Shown: positions 9,789 through 20,319, numbered from the stretch's first letter. The stretch: 64,000 nucleotides of DNA from Lachnospiraceae bacterium (GCA_030527595.1 JAUNAN010000001.1:882-64881), one strand, 5' to 3'. Translations and numbers: made by a program. Notes: generated from the letters alone by a model not told the origin.

Positions 9789-10100
9789 AGTATCCTCTTT
9801 TTATAGAATAATAAACTGTAACATAAAAATATGAATATCAGAGTAAACGTTTGTTACAATAATGTTACAACAATCGCTTTATAGGTGTATCCTGATCCCT
9901 GACAGCTGTAAAAACGGATTTCATCCGTATGAGAGCAGGAAACAAATAAAAAACAACATTTTCGGTCTGAGTCATGGTAGAATACGAGATATGCCGAGAG
10001 TAAAGTTTTGTCATTCGGTAAAGAGATATTCCGGTATAGAATGGGTTTCGATGCGATTCTTATATTTCTTCGAAATTTATTACTGCAGTGAGGTGAGAAG

Positions 10101-10979
10101 ATGAAAATTACTGATATTATGAAAGAGAGAATGTCGCTGTCATTTGAAGTATTTCCTCCAAAAGCGGATAAGCCGATGGAACCGCTTATGGAGGTTTTGG
10201 ATCAGCTGTATTCAGTAAAGCCCGATTTTGTCAGCTGTACATACGGTGCGGGAGGAACAAATGCCGGCAGACACATGGAGATCTGCAAGGCAATTGCCGA
10301 TTCTGATAATGATACGATTCCGATCGCACATTTCACTACGATCGCTGCCACAAAAGATAGTGTGCGCAGTCAGATGCAGGCATGCCTGGATAACGGAATT
10401 GATCATGTTCTTGCCCTTCGCGGTGATATTCCTCAGGGATGGGAGAGCACAAGAGGCGATTTCTCTCATGCTTCCGAACTGATCGGATTTCTCCGGGAAG
10501 AGTTCGGCGACAAATTCGCAATCGCTATGGCAGGTGCACCGGAAAAGCATATTGAGGCAAGAACCTTTGAGGAAGACATCGCCCATCTTCGGATGAAGCA
10601 GGATGCAGGTGCGGATCTTCTGATGACCCAGCTCTGTTATGACGTCAATCACTTTGAGACGTGGATGGAAAAAATTCGCAAGGCCGGTGTTTATCTGCCG
10701 ATCGATGTAGGTATTATGCCGGTTCTTAACAAGAATTCTGTAATCAGAATGTGTCTTGGCATGAACGGATGCTCTATTCCGCAGCCGCTTGCCGAGCTGA
10801 TCAGCAGACATTACAATGACACCGATGAGGATTTCAGAAAAGCCGGTATCGAGTACACGATCAGGCAGGTATTCGAATATATGGCGCTAGGAATAAACGG
10901 AATTCATTTTTATTCTCTGAATAAGGCGGATGCAGTTCTTGAAATCTGTGACGGCTGCGGTCTGACATACAGAAAATAA
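10101..10979 (+). CDS. metF: Methylenetetrahydrofolate reductase
   Basis: SFEVFPPK, SCTYGAGG, LALRGD, TQLCYD and HFYSLN motifs. Confidence 0.92.
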   Translation: MKITDIMKERMSLSFEVFPPKADKPMEPLMEVLDQLYSVKPDFVSCTYGAGGTNAGRHMEICKAIADSDNDTIPIAHFTTIAATKDSVRSQMQACLDNGIDHVLALRGDIPQGWESTRGDFSHASELIGFLREEFGDKFAIAMAGAPEKHIEARTFEEDIAHLRMKQDAGADLLMTQLCYDVNHFETWMEKIRKAGVYLPIDVGIMPVLNKNSVIRMCLGMNGCSIPQPLAELISRHYNDTDEDFRKAGIEYTIRQVFEYMALGINGIHFYSLNKADAVLEICDGCGLTYRK

Positions 10980-11030
10980 TAAGCATAGTATGCACTGATA
11001 TTTAATGACAAGAAAGGACATCAGAGTATA

Positions 11031-12728
11031 ATGGCGAACTATTTGTCAGATATTGAAATTGCTCAAAATGCAAACATGAATCAGATCTGTGACGTGGCGG
11101 AATCAGCCGGAATTCCGATAGGAGCAATTGAACAGTACGGCTCCTACAAAGCAAAGATCAATCTTCGCCTTATCGAGCCGCCGCTCGAGAATAAAAAGCA
11201 TCATCTTGTCCTGGTGACCGCGATCACACCGACTCCTGCCGGAGAGGGCAAAACCACTACTACGATCGGTCTTGCGGATGGATTGAAAAAAATCGGAAAA
11301 AATCCGATCGTAGCTCTCAGAGAACCGTCACTCGGTCCGGTATTCGGCATCAAGGGCGGTGCTGCCGGCGGCGGATATGCACAGGTAGTGCCGATGGAGG
11401 ATATCAATCTTCATTTCACGGGGGATATGCATGCGATTACGGCTGCAAACAATCTGCTGGCAGCCATGATCGACAATCATATTCAGCAGGGCAACGAACT
11501 TGGCATCGATCCGAGGAAAATCACCTGGAAGCGATGTCTTGATATCAATGATCGTCAGCTCAGATTTGTAACAGACGGACTGGGCGGAAGATTAAACGGA
11601 GTGCCGCGTGAGGATGGTTTCGATATTACGGTTGCATCCGAAGTGATGGCAATTCTCTGTCTGGCAAATGATCTGCAGGATCTGAAAGAACGCCTTTCAA
11701 GAATCGTGATCGGTTATACCTACGGGAAAATCTCGGAACACAGACCGGTTACTGCGGGGGATCTGCATGCAGAGGGGGCAATGGCAGCCCTGTTAAGAGA
11801 TGCCGTAAAGCCGAATCTGGTTCAGACGCTGGAACATACGCCTGCGATCGTGCACGGCGGTCCGTTTGCGAATATCGCACATGGATGTAATACGGTACAG
11901 GCGACCAAAGCGGCTCTCATGCTCGGTGATTACGCAATCACGGAAGCGGGCTTCGGTGCCGATCTCGGTGCCGAGAAATTCCTTGATATCAAGTGCAGGC
12001 TTGCCGGATTAAAGCCGGATGCAGTCGTTATGGTGGCAACGATCCGTGCCCTGAAGCATCATGGAGGAACACCTCTTGCCGAGCTGAACAATGAAGATCT
12101 TGAATCATTAAAGCGCGGCATTCCGAATTTGATGCGTCATGTGGACAACATCCGGAGCGTTTACCATCTGCCGTGTGTAGTCGCGATTAATGCATTCCCC
12201 ACAGACACAAAAGCAGAGCTTGATTTTGTGGAGCGGGAGTGTCGTAAGGTTGGTGTCAATGTTGCCCTGTCGGAAGTATGGGCGAAGGGCGGCGAAGGCG
12301 GAATTGCTTTGGCAGAGGAAGTTGTCAGACTCTGTGAGCAGGATACAAACGAAAACTTTGAATTTGCCTATGACGTGAATGATCCGATCGAGAAGAAGCT
12401 GGATGATATCGTTCGCAAAGTATACCGAGGCGATGGTGTTATCTTCACGCAGGACGCGCTGAAGCAGAAGAAGCAGCTGGAGGCACAGGGCTTTGATAAG
12501 CTGCCGATCTGTGTGGCAAAAACGCAGTACAGTTTTTCGGATGACCCGGCTAAACCGGGGGCACCCGAGGATTTCACGGTTACAGTCAGAAACCTGAAGG
12601 TATCTGCCGGCGCCGGCTTTATTGTTGCGCTGACGGGTGATATTTTGACGATGCCCGGTCTTCCGAAGCATCCGGCTGCAGAAAAAATCGATATCGATGA
12701 AAACGGGAAAATCTATGGACTCTTTTAA
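11031..12728 (+). CDS. fhs: Formate--tetrahydrofolate ligase
   Basis: [37 protein letters not shown] and [14 protein letters not shown] motifs. Confidence 0.97.
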   Translation: MANYLSDIEIAQNANMNQICDVAESAGIPIGAIEQYGSYKAKINLRLIEPPLENKKHHLVLVTAITPTPAGEGKTTTTIGLADGLKKIGKNPIVALREPSLGPVFGIKGGAAGGGYAQVVPMEDINLHFTGDMHAITAANNLLAAMIDNHIQQGNELGIDPRKITWKRCLDINDRQLRFVTDGLGGRLNGVPREDGFDITVASEVMAILCLANDLQDLKERLSRIVIGYTYGKISEHRPVTAGDLHAEGAMAALLRDAVKPNLVQTLEHTPAIVHGGPFANIAHGCNTVQATKAALMLGDYAITEAGFGADLGAEKFLDIKCRLAGLKPDAVVMVATIRALKHHGGTPLAELNNEDLESLKRGIPNLMRHVDNIRSVYHLPCVVAINAFPTDTKAELDFVERECRKVGVNVALSEVWAKGGEGGIALAEEVVRLCEQDTNENFEFAYDVNDPIEKKLDDIVRKVYRGDGVIFTQDALKQKKQLEAQGFDKLPICVAKTQYSFSDDPAKPGAPEDFTVTVRNLKVSAGAGFIVALTGDILTMPGLPKHPAAEKIDIDENGKIYGLF

Positions 12729-13356
12729 GAATGAAACAATAGAAAACTACACGAAATTACTGTCTACGGCTTCTCCGGTACCAGGAGGAGGCGGTACGGC
12801 GGCACTTGCCGCATCGCTTGGTGCAGCGCTCGGACGCATGGTTGCCTCTCTTACGATCGGCAAGAAAAAGTATGCCGAGTATGAAGCTGAGCTGAAAAGC
12901 TGTGCCGAAAAAAGTGATGCACTGATAGAGCAGTTTCTTTCGCTTATCGACCGTGATGCAGAGGTATTCGAGCCGCTCTCACGGGCTTATTCAATGCCGA
13001 AGGAGACCGAGGAGGAAAGAGCAAAGAAGGCGGAAGTGATGGAAAAATGTCTCCGCGATGCTGCTTCCGCGCCTTTCGAAATCCTTTCGCTCTGCAGGGA
13101 GAGTGTCGGCTGTGTCCGCATTTTTGCGGAAAAAGGATCTGTTCTTGCGATTTCGGATGCCGGCTGTGCCTCTGCTTTGATCGGTGCGGCTGCAAGATCC
13201 GCGGCGCTCAACGTCTCTATTAATACAAAACTGATGCAGGACCGTGTCTATGCCGAGAATCTGAACGCACAGACGGAAACGCTGCTGCATGAGACGGTTC
13301 AGGAGGCAGATGACATCTATCAGTCTGTCTCGGAAAGGCTTAAGGTAAAGAAATGA
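12715..13356 (+). CDS. fchA: Methenyl-THF cyclohydrolase FchA (FTCD C-terminal / cyclodeaminase family)
   Basis: [25 protein letters not shown] and LNVSIN motifs. Lies between fhs and folD. Confidence 0.85.
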   Translation: MDSFKNETIENYTKLLSTASPVPGGGGTAALAASLGAALGRMVASLTIGKKKYAEYEAELKSCAEKSDALIEQFLSLIDRDAEVFEPLSRAYSMPKETEEERAKKAEVMEKCLRDAASAPFEILSLCRESVGCVRIFAEKGSVLAISDAGCASALIGAAARSAALNVSINTKLMQDRVYAENLNAQTETLLHETVQEADDIYQSVSERLKVKK

Positions 13357-14204
13357 AAACACTTCTTTCCGGAAAAGAAACCTCAGCCGGACTGCTTGCG
13401 GAGCTGAGAGCGAAGGCAGAAGCACTCCCGGAGGCTCCCGCACTTTCGATCATTCGTGTCGGAGAAAAGAAAAGTGATATTGCTTACGAGAAGGGCGTGC
13501 GCAAGAAGGCTGAACAGGCCGGTGTTTCCGTTTTTACGCATGTACTGCCTGAGGATGTCACGGAAGAGATTCTGATCGACACGATTCACAGGGAAAATGA
13601 GAACACAGAGGTCGATGGAATACTTCTGTTTCTTCCTTTGCCTGCGGGGATGGATGAGAAGCGGATCATCAACGAGATCGCTCCGGAAAAGGATATGGAC
13701 GGCGCGACACGGGCTTCTATGCTCGGGATCTATACCGGAAGCGGAGAGGGCTATGCTCCCTGTACTCCCGAGGCAGTTATGCGGATTCTTGAGTATTACA
13801 ATGTTGATCTGACCGGTAAGAATGTTGTGATCGTCGGAAGATCACTGGTCGTGGGAAAGCCGCTCTCTATGATGATGCTGAAGAAAAATGCTACTGTCAC
13901 CATCTGCCACACAAAGACGGAAAATCTTTCCGAAATTACAAAAAAGGCAGATATTATCGTGGCGGCTGCCGGTCATATCGGCACGATCACGGGAGAACAT
14001 GTCACGGAGGGACAGATCGTCATTGATGTCGGAATTAATTTCTCTGAATCGGGAAAAATGACCGGAGATGTTGTATTTGACGAGACTGCGGAAATCGTGG
14101 ATGCGATCACCCCTGTCCCGGGCGGCGTCGGAGCGGTGACAAGTTCCGTCATGCTTGCTCACGTTCTACAGCATGCCGGGAAACGTATGAAAGGTGCTGT
14201 TTAA
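13353..14204 (+). CDS. folD: Methylene-THF dehydrogenase FolD (probably monofunctional)
   Basis: KDMDG, PCTP, VGRSLVVGKP, IDVGIN and TPVPGGVG motifs. Confidence 0.93.
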   Translation: MKTLLSGKETSAGLLAELRAKAEALPEAPALSIIRVGEKKSDIAYEKGVRKKAEQAGVSVFTHVLPEDVTEEILIDTIHRENENTEVDGILLFLPLPAGMDEKRIINEIAPEKDMDGATRASMLGIYTGSGEGYAPCTPEAVMRILEYYNVDLTGKNVVIVGRSLVVGKPLSMMMLKKNATVTICHTKTENLSEITKKADIIVAAAGHIGTITGEHVTEGQIVIDVGINFSESGKMTGDVVFDETAEIVDAITPVPGGVGAVTSSVMLAHVLQHAGKRMKGAV

Positions 14205-15889
14205 TGATGAGGATCATTCTGATGATGCTGGCTGTGATCGCTGTGATCGCACTGCTGATGATTCGTCAGAACCGACTGGAAAAAGAAAAATATCTGCGTC
14301 GAAAAGCCGGGGAGTACGGAACACCCGGCTTTCGCCGTCTCTCGGACGATGAGATCACCCGTCTTTCCCGTCTGTCCCGGTATCCGGATCAGTCCGGATA
14401 TACGCTGAGTGATCTGACGTGGCAGGATCTTGGAATGAATGATCTGTTCAGAACGATCAGCAGATGCAGCTCCTCGCCGGGAGATGAAGTGCTTCTCGCA
14501 TGGCTCAGAAATCCCGAGCCGGATCCGGAACACTTAAAAGAGAGGGCAGTACTGATCAGGGAAATGCAGGAGCGCGAAGATCTTCGCAGGCAGGCGGTAT
14601 TTCTTCTCGGAAAAGTCGGCAGTATACGTGATCATTCCTTTGCGGAGCTGCTGGAAAAACTTGAAGATGCGCCCCGCATCAAGCGAACTCCCTATCTGCT
14701 CTCGGGAAGTCTGATTCCCGCAGCGGTGGTTCTGATGCTCATTTTTCCGATTCCCGGCATCTTTCTGCTGACAGCGGCTCTCGGTCTTAATCTGACCCTG
14801 TCAATGCGTGCTAGAGATACATCCGAGGTTTATTTAAAGGGAATCGATTGTATCATTCGTATGCTGCAGTGTGCGGGCGAGATGAGAAAGCTCTCCTTCC
14901 CGGAAGAGAGCGAGATCACGAAACGACTTGCGTATGCGGAACGGGTAATGCAGCCTTTTCGCAGAGGTTCCGGCATAGTGGTCTCTTCTTCCGGCACCGG
15001 GCTGGGGGCAGATTCCGTGATCCTTCAGTATCTGAATCTGTTTTTTCATCTGGATCTTTTGAGATTTGACCGGATGGCAGAGATGTTCTCAGCGGAGAAG
15101 CAAACCTGCTTTGCTTTGCTGAGAGATCTGGGATCGATCGATGCGGCAGTGTCCGCTGCATCCTTTCGAACGGCGTTGTCCTATTATTGTGAGCCTGAGT
15201 GGAAGAGTGCGGAGAAGCCGGATAAGCTGTCGCTCGATATTTCCGAAATGTTCCACCCGCTTATTAAGGAACCTGTGGCAAATTCCATGACGGCAGAGGG
15301 CGGTAATCTGATTACCGGATCCAATGCCTCAGGTAAGTCGACTTTCTTAAAGAATCTCGGCATCTCTGCCGTGCTGGCACAGAGCATTCTGACTGTACCG
15401 GCAAAAAGCTATCGGGCGCCTCTTTTGCGGGTCGCGACTTCCATGTCGGTATCGGACAGCATTCTGTCCGGTGAGAGCTACTTTATGGCTGAAATTCGCG
15501 CCGTGAAAGGGATCATGGAACTTACGGAAGACGGTTCATCACCACTTCTCATTATGATCGATGAGGTACTGCGCGGAACAAATACGATTGAGAGGATCGC
15601 GGCCTCTTCACAGATTCTGAGCGCGCTGAATAAGCCGGGTGTCATTATTTTTGCGGCCACCCATGATTTAGAACTTACGGAAATTCTGAAAGCCGAATAT
15701 CGGAACTGGCATTTTGAGGAAGTGATCACCGACGGTGATGTGCGTTTTTCCTATCATATCGAGGAAGGACGTGCGCATACGAGAAATGCGATCAGACTTC
15801 TCAGATCGCAGGGCTTTGATCGTGAAATTGCCGATGCTGCGGAAGCGGAGGCGGTCAGATTTGAAAAGAAAGGAGTCTGGTCTCTTTGA
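14204..15889 (+). CDS. Membrane-anchored MutS-family ATPase (domain V; no mismatch-binding domain)
   Basis: [30 protein letters not shown] and ATHD motifs. Hydrophobic segments at about aa 2-20 and 165-200. Confidence 0.85.
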   Translation: MMRIILMMLAVIAVIALLMIRQNRLEKEKYLRRKAGEYGTPGFRRLSDDEITRLSRLSRYPDQSGYTLSDLTWQDLGMNDLFRTISRCSSSPGDEVLLAWLRNPEPDPEHLKERAVLIREMQEREDLRRQAVFLLGKVGSIRDHSFAELLEKLEDAPRIKRTPYLLSGSLIPAAVVLMLIFPIPGIFLLTAALGLNLTLSMRARDTSEVYLKGIDCIIRMLQCAGEMRKLSFPEESEITKRLAYAERVMQPFRRGSGIVVSSSGTGLGADSVILQYLNLFFHLDLLRFDRMAEMFSAEKQTCFALLRDLGSIDAAVSAASFRTALSYYCEPEWKSAEKPDKLSLDISEMFHPLIKEPVANSMTAEGGNLITGSNASGKSTFLKNLGISAVLAQSILTVPAKSYRAPLLRVATSMSVSDSILSGESYFMAEIRAVKGIMELTEDGSSPLLIMIDEVLRGTNTIERIAASSQILSALNKPGVIIFAATHDLELTEILKAEYRNWHFEEVITDGDVRFSYHIEEGRAHTRNAIRLLRSQGFDREIADAAEAEAVRFEKKGVWSL

Positions 15890-16338
15890 AGGTAACAATC
15901 TATACGGACGGGGCAGCAAGAGGAAATCCGGACGGACCCGGCGGCTATGGAACGGTCCTGCAATATGTGGATCAAAGCGGGAAGCTCCATGAAAAGGAAT
16001 TATCTCAGGGATATGAAAAAACAACAAATAACAGAATGGAGCTCATGGCCGCGATCGCCGGTCTTGAGGCACTTAACAGACCGTGTGAGGTGGAGCTGTT
16101 TTCGGATTCTCAATATCTGATCAATGCCTTTAATAAGGGATGGCTTGAAAGCTGGCAGAAAAAGAACTGGATCAAGTCAGACAGGAAGCCGGTCCTGAAC
16201 GTGGATCTCTGGAAGCGGCTTCTTGCAGCCGCGGAACCGCACCGTGTGACCTGGAACTGGGTGAAGGGTCATGACGGACATCCGGAAAATGAGCGGTGCG
16301 ACAGGCTTGCGACGGCAGCGGCTGATGCCATGCGCTGA
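15886..16338 (+). CDS. rnhA: Ribonuclease HI
   Basis: [23 protein letters not shown] and [13 protein letters not shown] motifs. TTG start overlaps the upstream TGA. Confidence 0.95.
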   Translation: MKVTIYTDGAARGNPDGPGGYGTVLQYVDQSGKLHEKELSQGYEKTTNNRMELMAAIAGLEALNRPCEVELFSDSQYLINAFNKGWLESWQKKNWIKSDRKPVLNVDLWKRLLAAAEPHRVTWNWVKGHDGHPENERCDRLATAAADAMR

Positions 16339-16344
16339 GAATGC

Positions 16345-16373
16345 TTGTTTTCGAGCTTTTCATGTGATAAAAT
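16345..16373 (+). promoter_or_regulatory. Probable sigma-A promoter for alaS
   Basis: TTGTTT-17 bp-TAAAAT with an extended -10 TG. Confidence 0.55.
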
Positions 16374-16527
16374 CTAAAAGTTAATCCAATGTATGCAGAT
16401 CTGTTTTTCCTGAAAGCAGATCAGGAATTACAACGGATTACAGCTTTTTGTCTGAAAACGGAACGGCAGTTTCGTTTTATAAAAAGAAAGTAAGGGGACC
16501 TTGTTCCCGATATTGGAGGAGAGATTC

Positions 16528-19185
16528 GTGGAAAAATACGGAGTAAACGAACTCAGAAAAATGTTCCTTGAGTTCATGGAAAGTAAGGGATGTCTGTCGA
16601 TGAAGTCCTTTTCTTTGGTGCCGCATAATGACAACAGTGTCCTGTTGATCAATGCGGGTATGACACCGCTGAAGCCGTACTTTACGGGTGCGGAGGTTCC
16701 GCCGAGAAAAAGAGTGACTACATGCCAGAAGTGCATCCGCACAGGTGATATTGAGAACGTCGGTCATACCGCGCGTCACGGTACCTTCTTTGAGATGCTC
16801 GGTAATTTTTCCTTCGGAGATTATTTTAAAACAGAGGCCATTCACTGGAGCTGGGAATTTTTGACAGAGACCGTCGGTCTGGATGCGGATCGTCTGTACC
16901 CGTCTGTTTATCTGGATGACGACGAGGCCTTTGAAATCTGGAATAAAGAAATCGGTATTCCTGCCGACCGTATCTATAAGTTCGGCAAGGAGGATAATTT
17001 CTGGGAGCACGGAGCAGGTCCGTGCGGTCCCTGCTCCGAGATCTATTATGACCGCGGAGAAAAATACGGCTGCGGAAAACCGGACTGTGCTCCGGGCTGT
17101 GAGTGCGACCGCTATATGGAGATCTGGAATAATGTCTTCACGCAGTTCGAGGGTGACGGTAAGGGCAATTACACACCGCTTGCACAGAAGAACATTGATA
17201 CAGGCATGGGTCTTGAGAGACTTGCCGTTGCGGTTCAGGACGTTGACTCCATGTTTGATATTGATACCATCAAGGCACTGCGCGATAAGGTCTGCGAGAT
17301 TGCAGGCGTGGAATATCAGAAGGATGCGGATATCGATGTTTCGGTTCGTATTATCACGGATCATATTCGTTCCGCGACTTTCATGATCTCTGACGGTATC
17401 ACACCTTCCAATGAAGGCCGCGGATACGTCCTGAGAAGACTGATCCGCCGCGCTGCACGCCGCGGCAGAATGCTCGGCATTCAGGGAGCTTTCCTTGCGG
17501 ATCTCGCGAAAACCGTTGCGGATACATCAAAGGAGGGATATCCGGAGCTCGAGGATAAATTTACCTTTATTCACAGCGTTCTTTCCTCCGAGGAGGCTGC
17601 TTTCGGTAAGACCATTGATCAGGGTCTGCGCATTTTAAGCGAGCGCGAGGCGGAGATGAAAGCCTCCGGAGAGACGGTGCTTTCCGGTGAGCGCGCATTT
17701 GAGCTCTACGACACCTATGGATTCCCGCTTGATCTGACAAGAGACATTCTTGAGGAAAAAGGCTGCACGGTAGATGAAGGGGGCTTCAATACCTGCATGC
17801 AGGCTCAGAGAGAGCAGGCAAGAAATGCCCGCAAAAAATCCAATTACATGGGTGCGGACGCTACTGTGTATGATGAAATTGAGAGTGAGATCACATCCCG
17901 GTTTGTCGGTTATGAGACGCTGACGGCCGAATCTGAGATCACGGTTATGACATCTAAAGTAGATGCCGATCATCACGGTGAATTCGTACAGGCACTTGCT
18001 GACGGAGATGAAGGCACGATCATTACTGCAGTTACTCCCTTCTATGCAACGATGGGCGGTCAGGTCGGAGATACCGGAGTGATCCGTACCGAGAGCGGTG
18101 CATTTGAAGTAAAGGAAACCATCTCTCTTCGAGGCGGACGAGTGGCACATATCGGAGCTGTTACAGGGGGAATGCTGACTCTCGGACAGAAGGCAGAGCT
18201 TTCCGTAACAACGGAGAGCAGAAAAAATACCGAGAAGAATCATTCCGCGACTCATCTTCTTCAGAAGGCTCTGAAGCTGGTTCTTGGCGATCACGTAGAG
18301 CAGAAGGGCTCTTATGTGGATTCTTACAGACTGCGTTTCGATTTTGTTCATTTCCAGGCTATGACAAAGGATGAGATCGCGCAGGTAGAGGCGATCGTAA
18401 ATGAAAAAATTGCTTCCGCTATTCCGGTCCGCACCGATGTCATGGATATTGAAGAAGCCAAGAAAACAGGTGCTATGGCACTGTTCGGTGAGAAGTACGG
18501 TGATAAGGTCCGCGTTGTTTCCATGGGCGATTTTTCCAGGGAATTCTGCGGCGGAACCCACGTTGACAATACAAACAGCATTCAGGCGTTTAAGATCATC
18601 AGCGAATCCGGAATTGCAGCCGGAGTCAGAAGAATCGAGGCGCTAACGGGTCCGGCGGTATTTGCTTATTACAGAAATGTAGAGACAGTTCTGGCAGAAG
18701 CTGCTTCCGTGCTTAAGAGTACGCCGGTTGATGTGCCTGAGAAGATCCGTCACCTTCAGGCAGAGCTTCGCGCATCCCGCTCTGAGGCAGAATCGCTGAA
18801 GGCAAAGGCTGCTCAGTCCGCACTGGGCAATGTCGGAGACGAAGCTGAAGAAGTAAAAGGCGTGAAGATCCTCTGCAAGAAGCTTGACGGTGTGGATGCG
18901 AACGAAATGAGAAATTTAAGTGACTCTTTAAAAGAGCAGCTGAATGATTCTATTATTGTTCTTGCTTCCTCCAATAACGGAAAGGTGAATCTGCTTGCAG
19001 CTGCTTCGGACGGAGCGCTCAAGAAGGGGGCACATGCCGGAAATCTGATCAAGGGTATTGCTAAGATCGTCGGCGGTGGCGGCGGCGGACGCCCGAATAT
19101 GGCACAGGCAGGCGGTAAAGATGCCTCTAAAATCGATGAAGCTCTGGAAGAGGCAAAGAAGCTCGCCAAAGAACAGCTTTCCTGA
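16528..19185 (+). CDS. alaS: Alanine--tRNA ligase
   Basis: NAGM, RHGTFFEMLGNFSFGDYFK, DTGMGLER, HSATHLL, EFCGGTH and GGGGGRPNMAQAGG motifs. GTG start after GGAGGA. Confidence 0.97.
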   Translation: MEKYGVNELRKMFLEFMESKGCLSMKSFSLVPHNDNSVLLINAGMTPLKPYFTGAEVPPRKRVTTCQKCIRTGDIENVGHTARHGTFFEMLGNFSFGDYFKTEAIHWSWEFLTETVGLDADRLYPSVYLDDDEAFEIWNKEIGIPADRIYKFGKEDNFWEHGAGPCGPCSEIYYDRGEKYGCGKPDCAPGCECDRYMEIWNNVFTQFEGDGKGNYTPLAQKNIDTGMGLERLAVAVQDVDSMFDIDTIKALRDKVCEIAGVEYQKDADIDVSVRIITDHIRSATFMISDGITPSNEGRGYVLRRLIRRAARRGRMLGIQGAFLADLAKTVADTSKEGYPELEDKFTFIHSVLSSEEAAFGKTIDQGLRILSEREAEMKASGETVLSGERAFELYDTYGFPLDLTRDILEEKGCTVDEGGFNTCMQAQREQARNARKKSNYMGADATVYDEIESEITSRFVGYETLTAESEITVMTSKVDADHHGEFVQALADGDEGTIITAVTPFYATMGGQVGDTGVIRTESGAFEVKETISLRGGRVAHIGAVTGGMLTLGQKAELSVTTESRKNTEKNHSATHLLQKALKLVLGDHVEQKGSYVDSYRLRFDFVHFQAMTKDEIAQVEAIVNEKIASAIPVRTDVMDIEEAKKTGAMALFGEKYGDKVRVVSMGDFSREFCGGTHVDNTNSIQAFKIISESGIAAGVRRIEALTGPAVFAYYRNVETVLAEAASVLKSTPVDVPEKIRHLQAELRASRSEAESLKAKAAQSALGNVGDEAEEVKGVKILCKKLDGVDANEMRNLSDSLKEQLNDSIIVLASSNNGKVNLLAAASDGALKKGAHAGNLIKGIAKIVGGGGGGRPNMAQAGGKDASKIDEALEEAKKLAKEQLS

Positions 19186-19207
19186 ATTTGATTTTTAAAA
19201 AAATACG

Positions 19208-19236
19208 TTGACGTATCAGGAAATAGTGTTTATAAT
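19208..19236 (+). promoter_or_regulatory. Sigma-A promoter for rpsU
   Basis: TTGACG-17 bp-TATAAT. Confidence 0.8.
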
Positions 19237-19289
19237 ACTCTATGTTTGAAAATACCCCGAAAGGTGTAAGGGGAGGTGAAATCAGTAGT

Positions 19290-19466
19290 ATGGCTAATGT
19301 AGTAGTTAAAGAAGGGGAATCTCTCGATAGCGCTTTAAGAAGATTTAAGCGCAGCTGCGCAAAAGCAGGCATCCAGCAGGAGATTCGTAAGCGCGAACAT
19401 TACGAGAAACCGTCTGTTCGTCGCAAGAAGAAATCTGAAGCTGCGCGCAAGAGAAAATATAACTAA
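19290..19466 (+). CDS. rpsU: 30S ribosomal protein S21
   Basis: [12 protein letters not shown]...[25 protein letters not shown]. Confidence 0.97.
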   Translation: MANVVVKEGESLDSALRRFKRSCAKAGIQQEIRKREHYEKPSVRRKKKSEAARKRKYN

Positions 19467-19479
19467 TCTTAGCGAATTG

Positions 19480-19513
19480 AATCCCTGACGTGTAACGTCG
19501 GGGATTTTTCTTT
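19480..19513 (+). terminator. Intrinsic terminator after rpsU
   Basis: AATCCCTGACGT/ACGTCGGGGATT hairpin followed by a T-tract. Confidence 0.85.
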
Positions 19514-19536
19514 ACGGAAAAGCAGGTGGGAACGCT

Positions 19537-20319
19537 GTGGATGAACCGATTATCAGAAAATATTTAATTGAATCCGTGCGTATCGATGAAGAAATCTCTG
19601 CGGTTTTAGTCGGGGATCTTCACAACTGTGTTTATGGCAGCGATAATGATGTACTTCTGGATCGTATTCGTGATTGCCACCCGGATGTTATCTTCTGTAC
19701 CGGAGATATGATCGTGGCAAAGCATCCTGAACAAACTGAGACAGCCCGATCTTTTATGGAACGTTTAGCGGGGATCGCACCCGTATATTATGCTAACGGA
19801 AATCACGAAATGAGCTTTCATTTATCTGAAGCAGAACGGGCAGACTATTTTTCGTTTCTTTTGAGCAGCGGCATCCATATGCTGCGCAACCGGCATGAGA
19901 CGCTCCTGCTGAAGGGAAACCGGCTGCAGATCTACGGTCTGGAAATTCCATCCTCATTATATAAAAAATTTCGCATACCGCGGTTTTCGAGAGAGGAGAT
20001 CGCCTCACGCATCGGAAATCCGGAGGATGATCACTTTTGTATTTTGCTTGCGCATAATCCGATCTTTGTCCCTTCTTATTTTTCATGGGGAGCCGATCTC
20101 ACTCTGTGCGGGCATAATCACGGCGGCATGATCCGTCTTCCTTCCGGAAGATCTCTTCTGAGTCCATACGGATACCCGCTGCCCCGATTCGGATACGGGA
20201 AATTTTTCCGCGACGGAAAATATGCTGTCGTCACGTCCGGCCTGGGAGATCATGCGATTCCTTTCCGGATCAATAATCCGAAAGAAATCGTGCACCTTAT
20301 TCTGAAGGGGCTTTCATAA
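19537..20319 (+). CDS. Calcineurin-like metallophosphoesterase
   Basis: GDLH, TGDM, GNHE, LAHNP and GHNHGG motifs. Confidence 0.88.
   Translation: MDEPIIRKYLIESVRIDEEISAVLVGDLHNCVYGSDNDVLLDRIRDCHPDVIFCTGDMIVAKHPEQTETARSFMERLAGIAPVYYANGNHEMSFHLSEAERADYFSFLLSSGIHMLRNRHETLLLKGNRLQIYGLEIPSSLYKKFRIPRFSREEIASRIGNPEDDHFCILLAHNPIFVPSYFSWGADLTLCGHNHGGMIRLPSGRSLLSPYGYPLPRFGYGKFFRDGKYAVVTSGLGDHAIPFRINNPKEIVHLILKGLS

Noticed and set aside
9862-10104. 80-aa ORF upstream of metF as a leader peptide
   Set aside because: No SD or recognisable composition, and it overlaps the predicted promoter region.
10980-11030. ZTP (pfl) riboswitch before fhs
   Set aside because: The gap is only about 50 nt and lacks the ACTGGCG/CCTGGG consensus.
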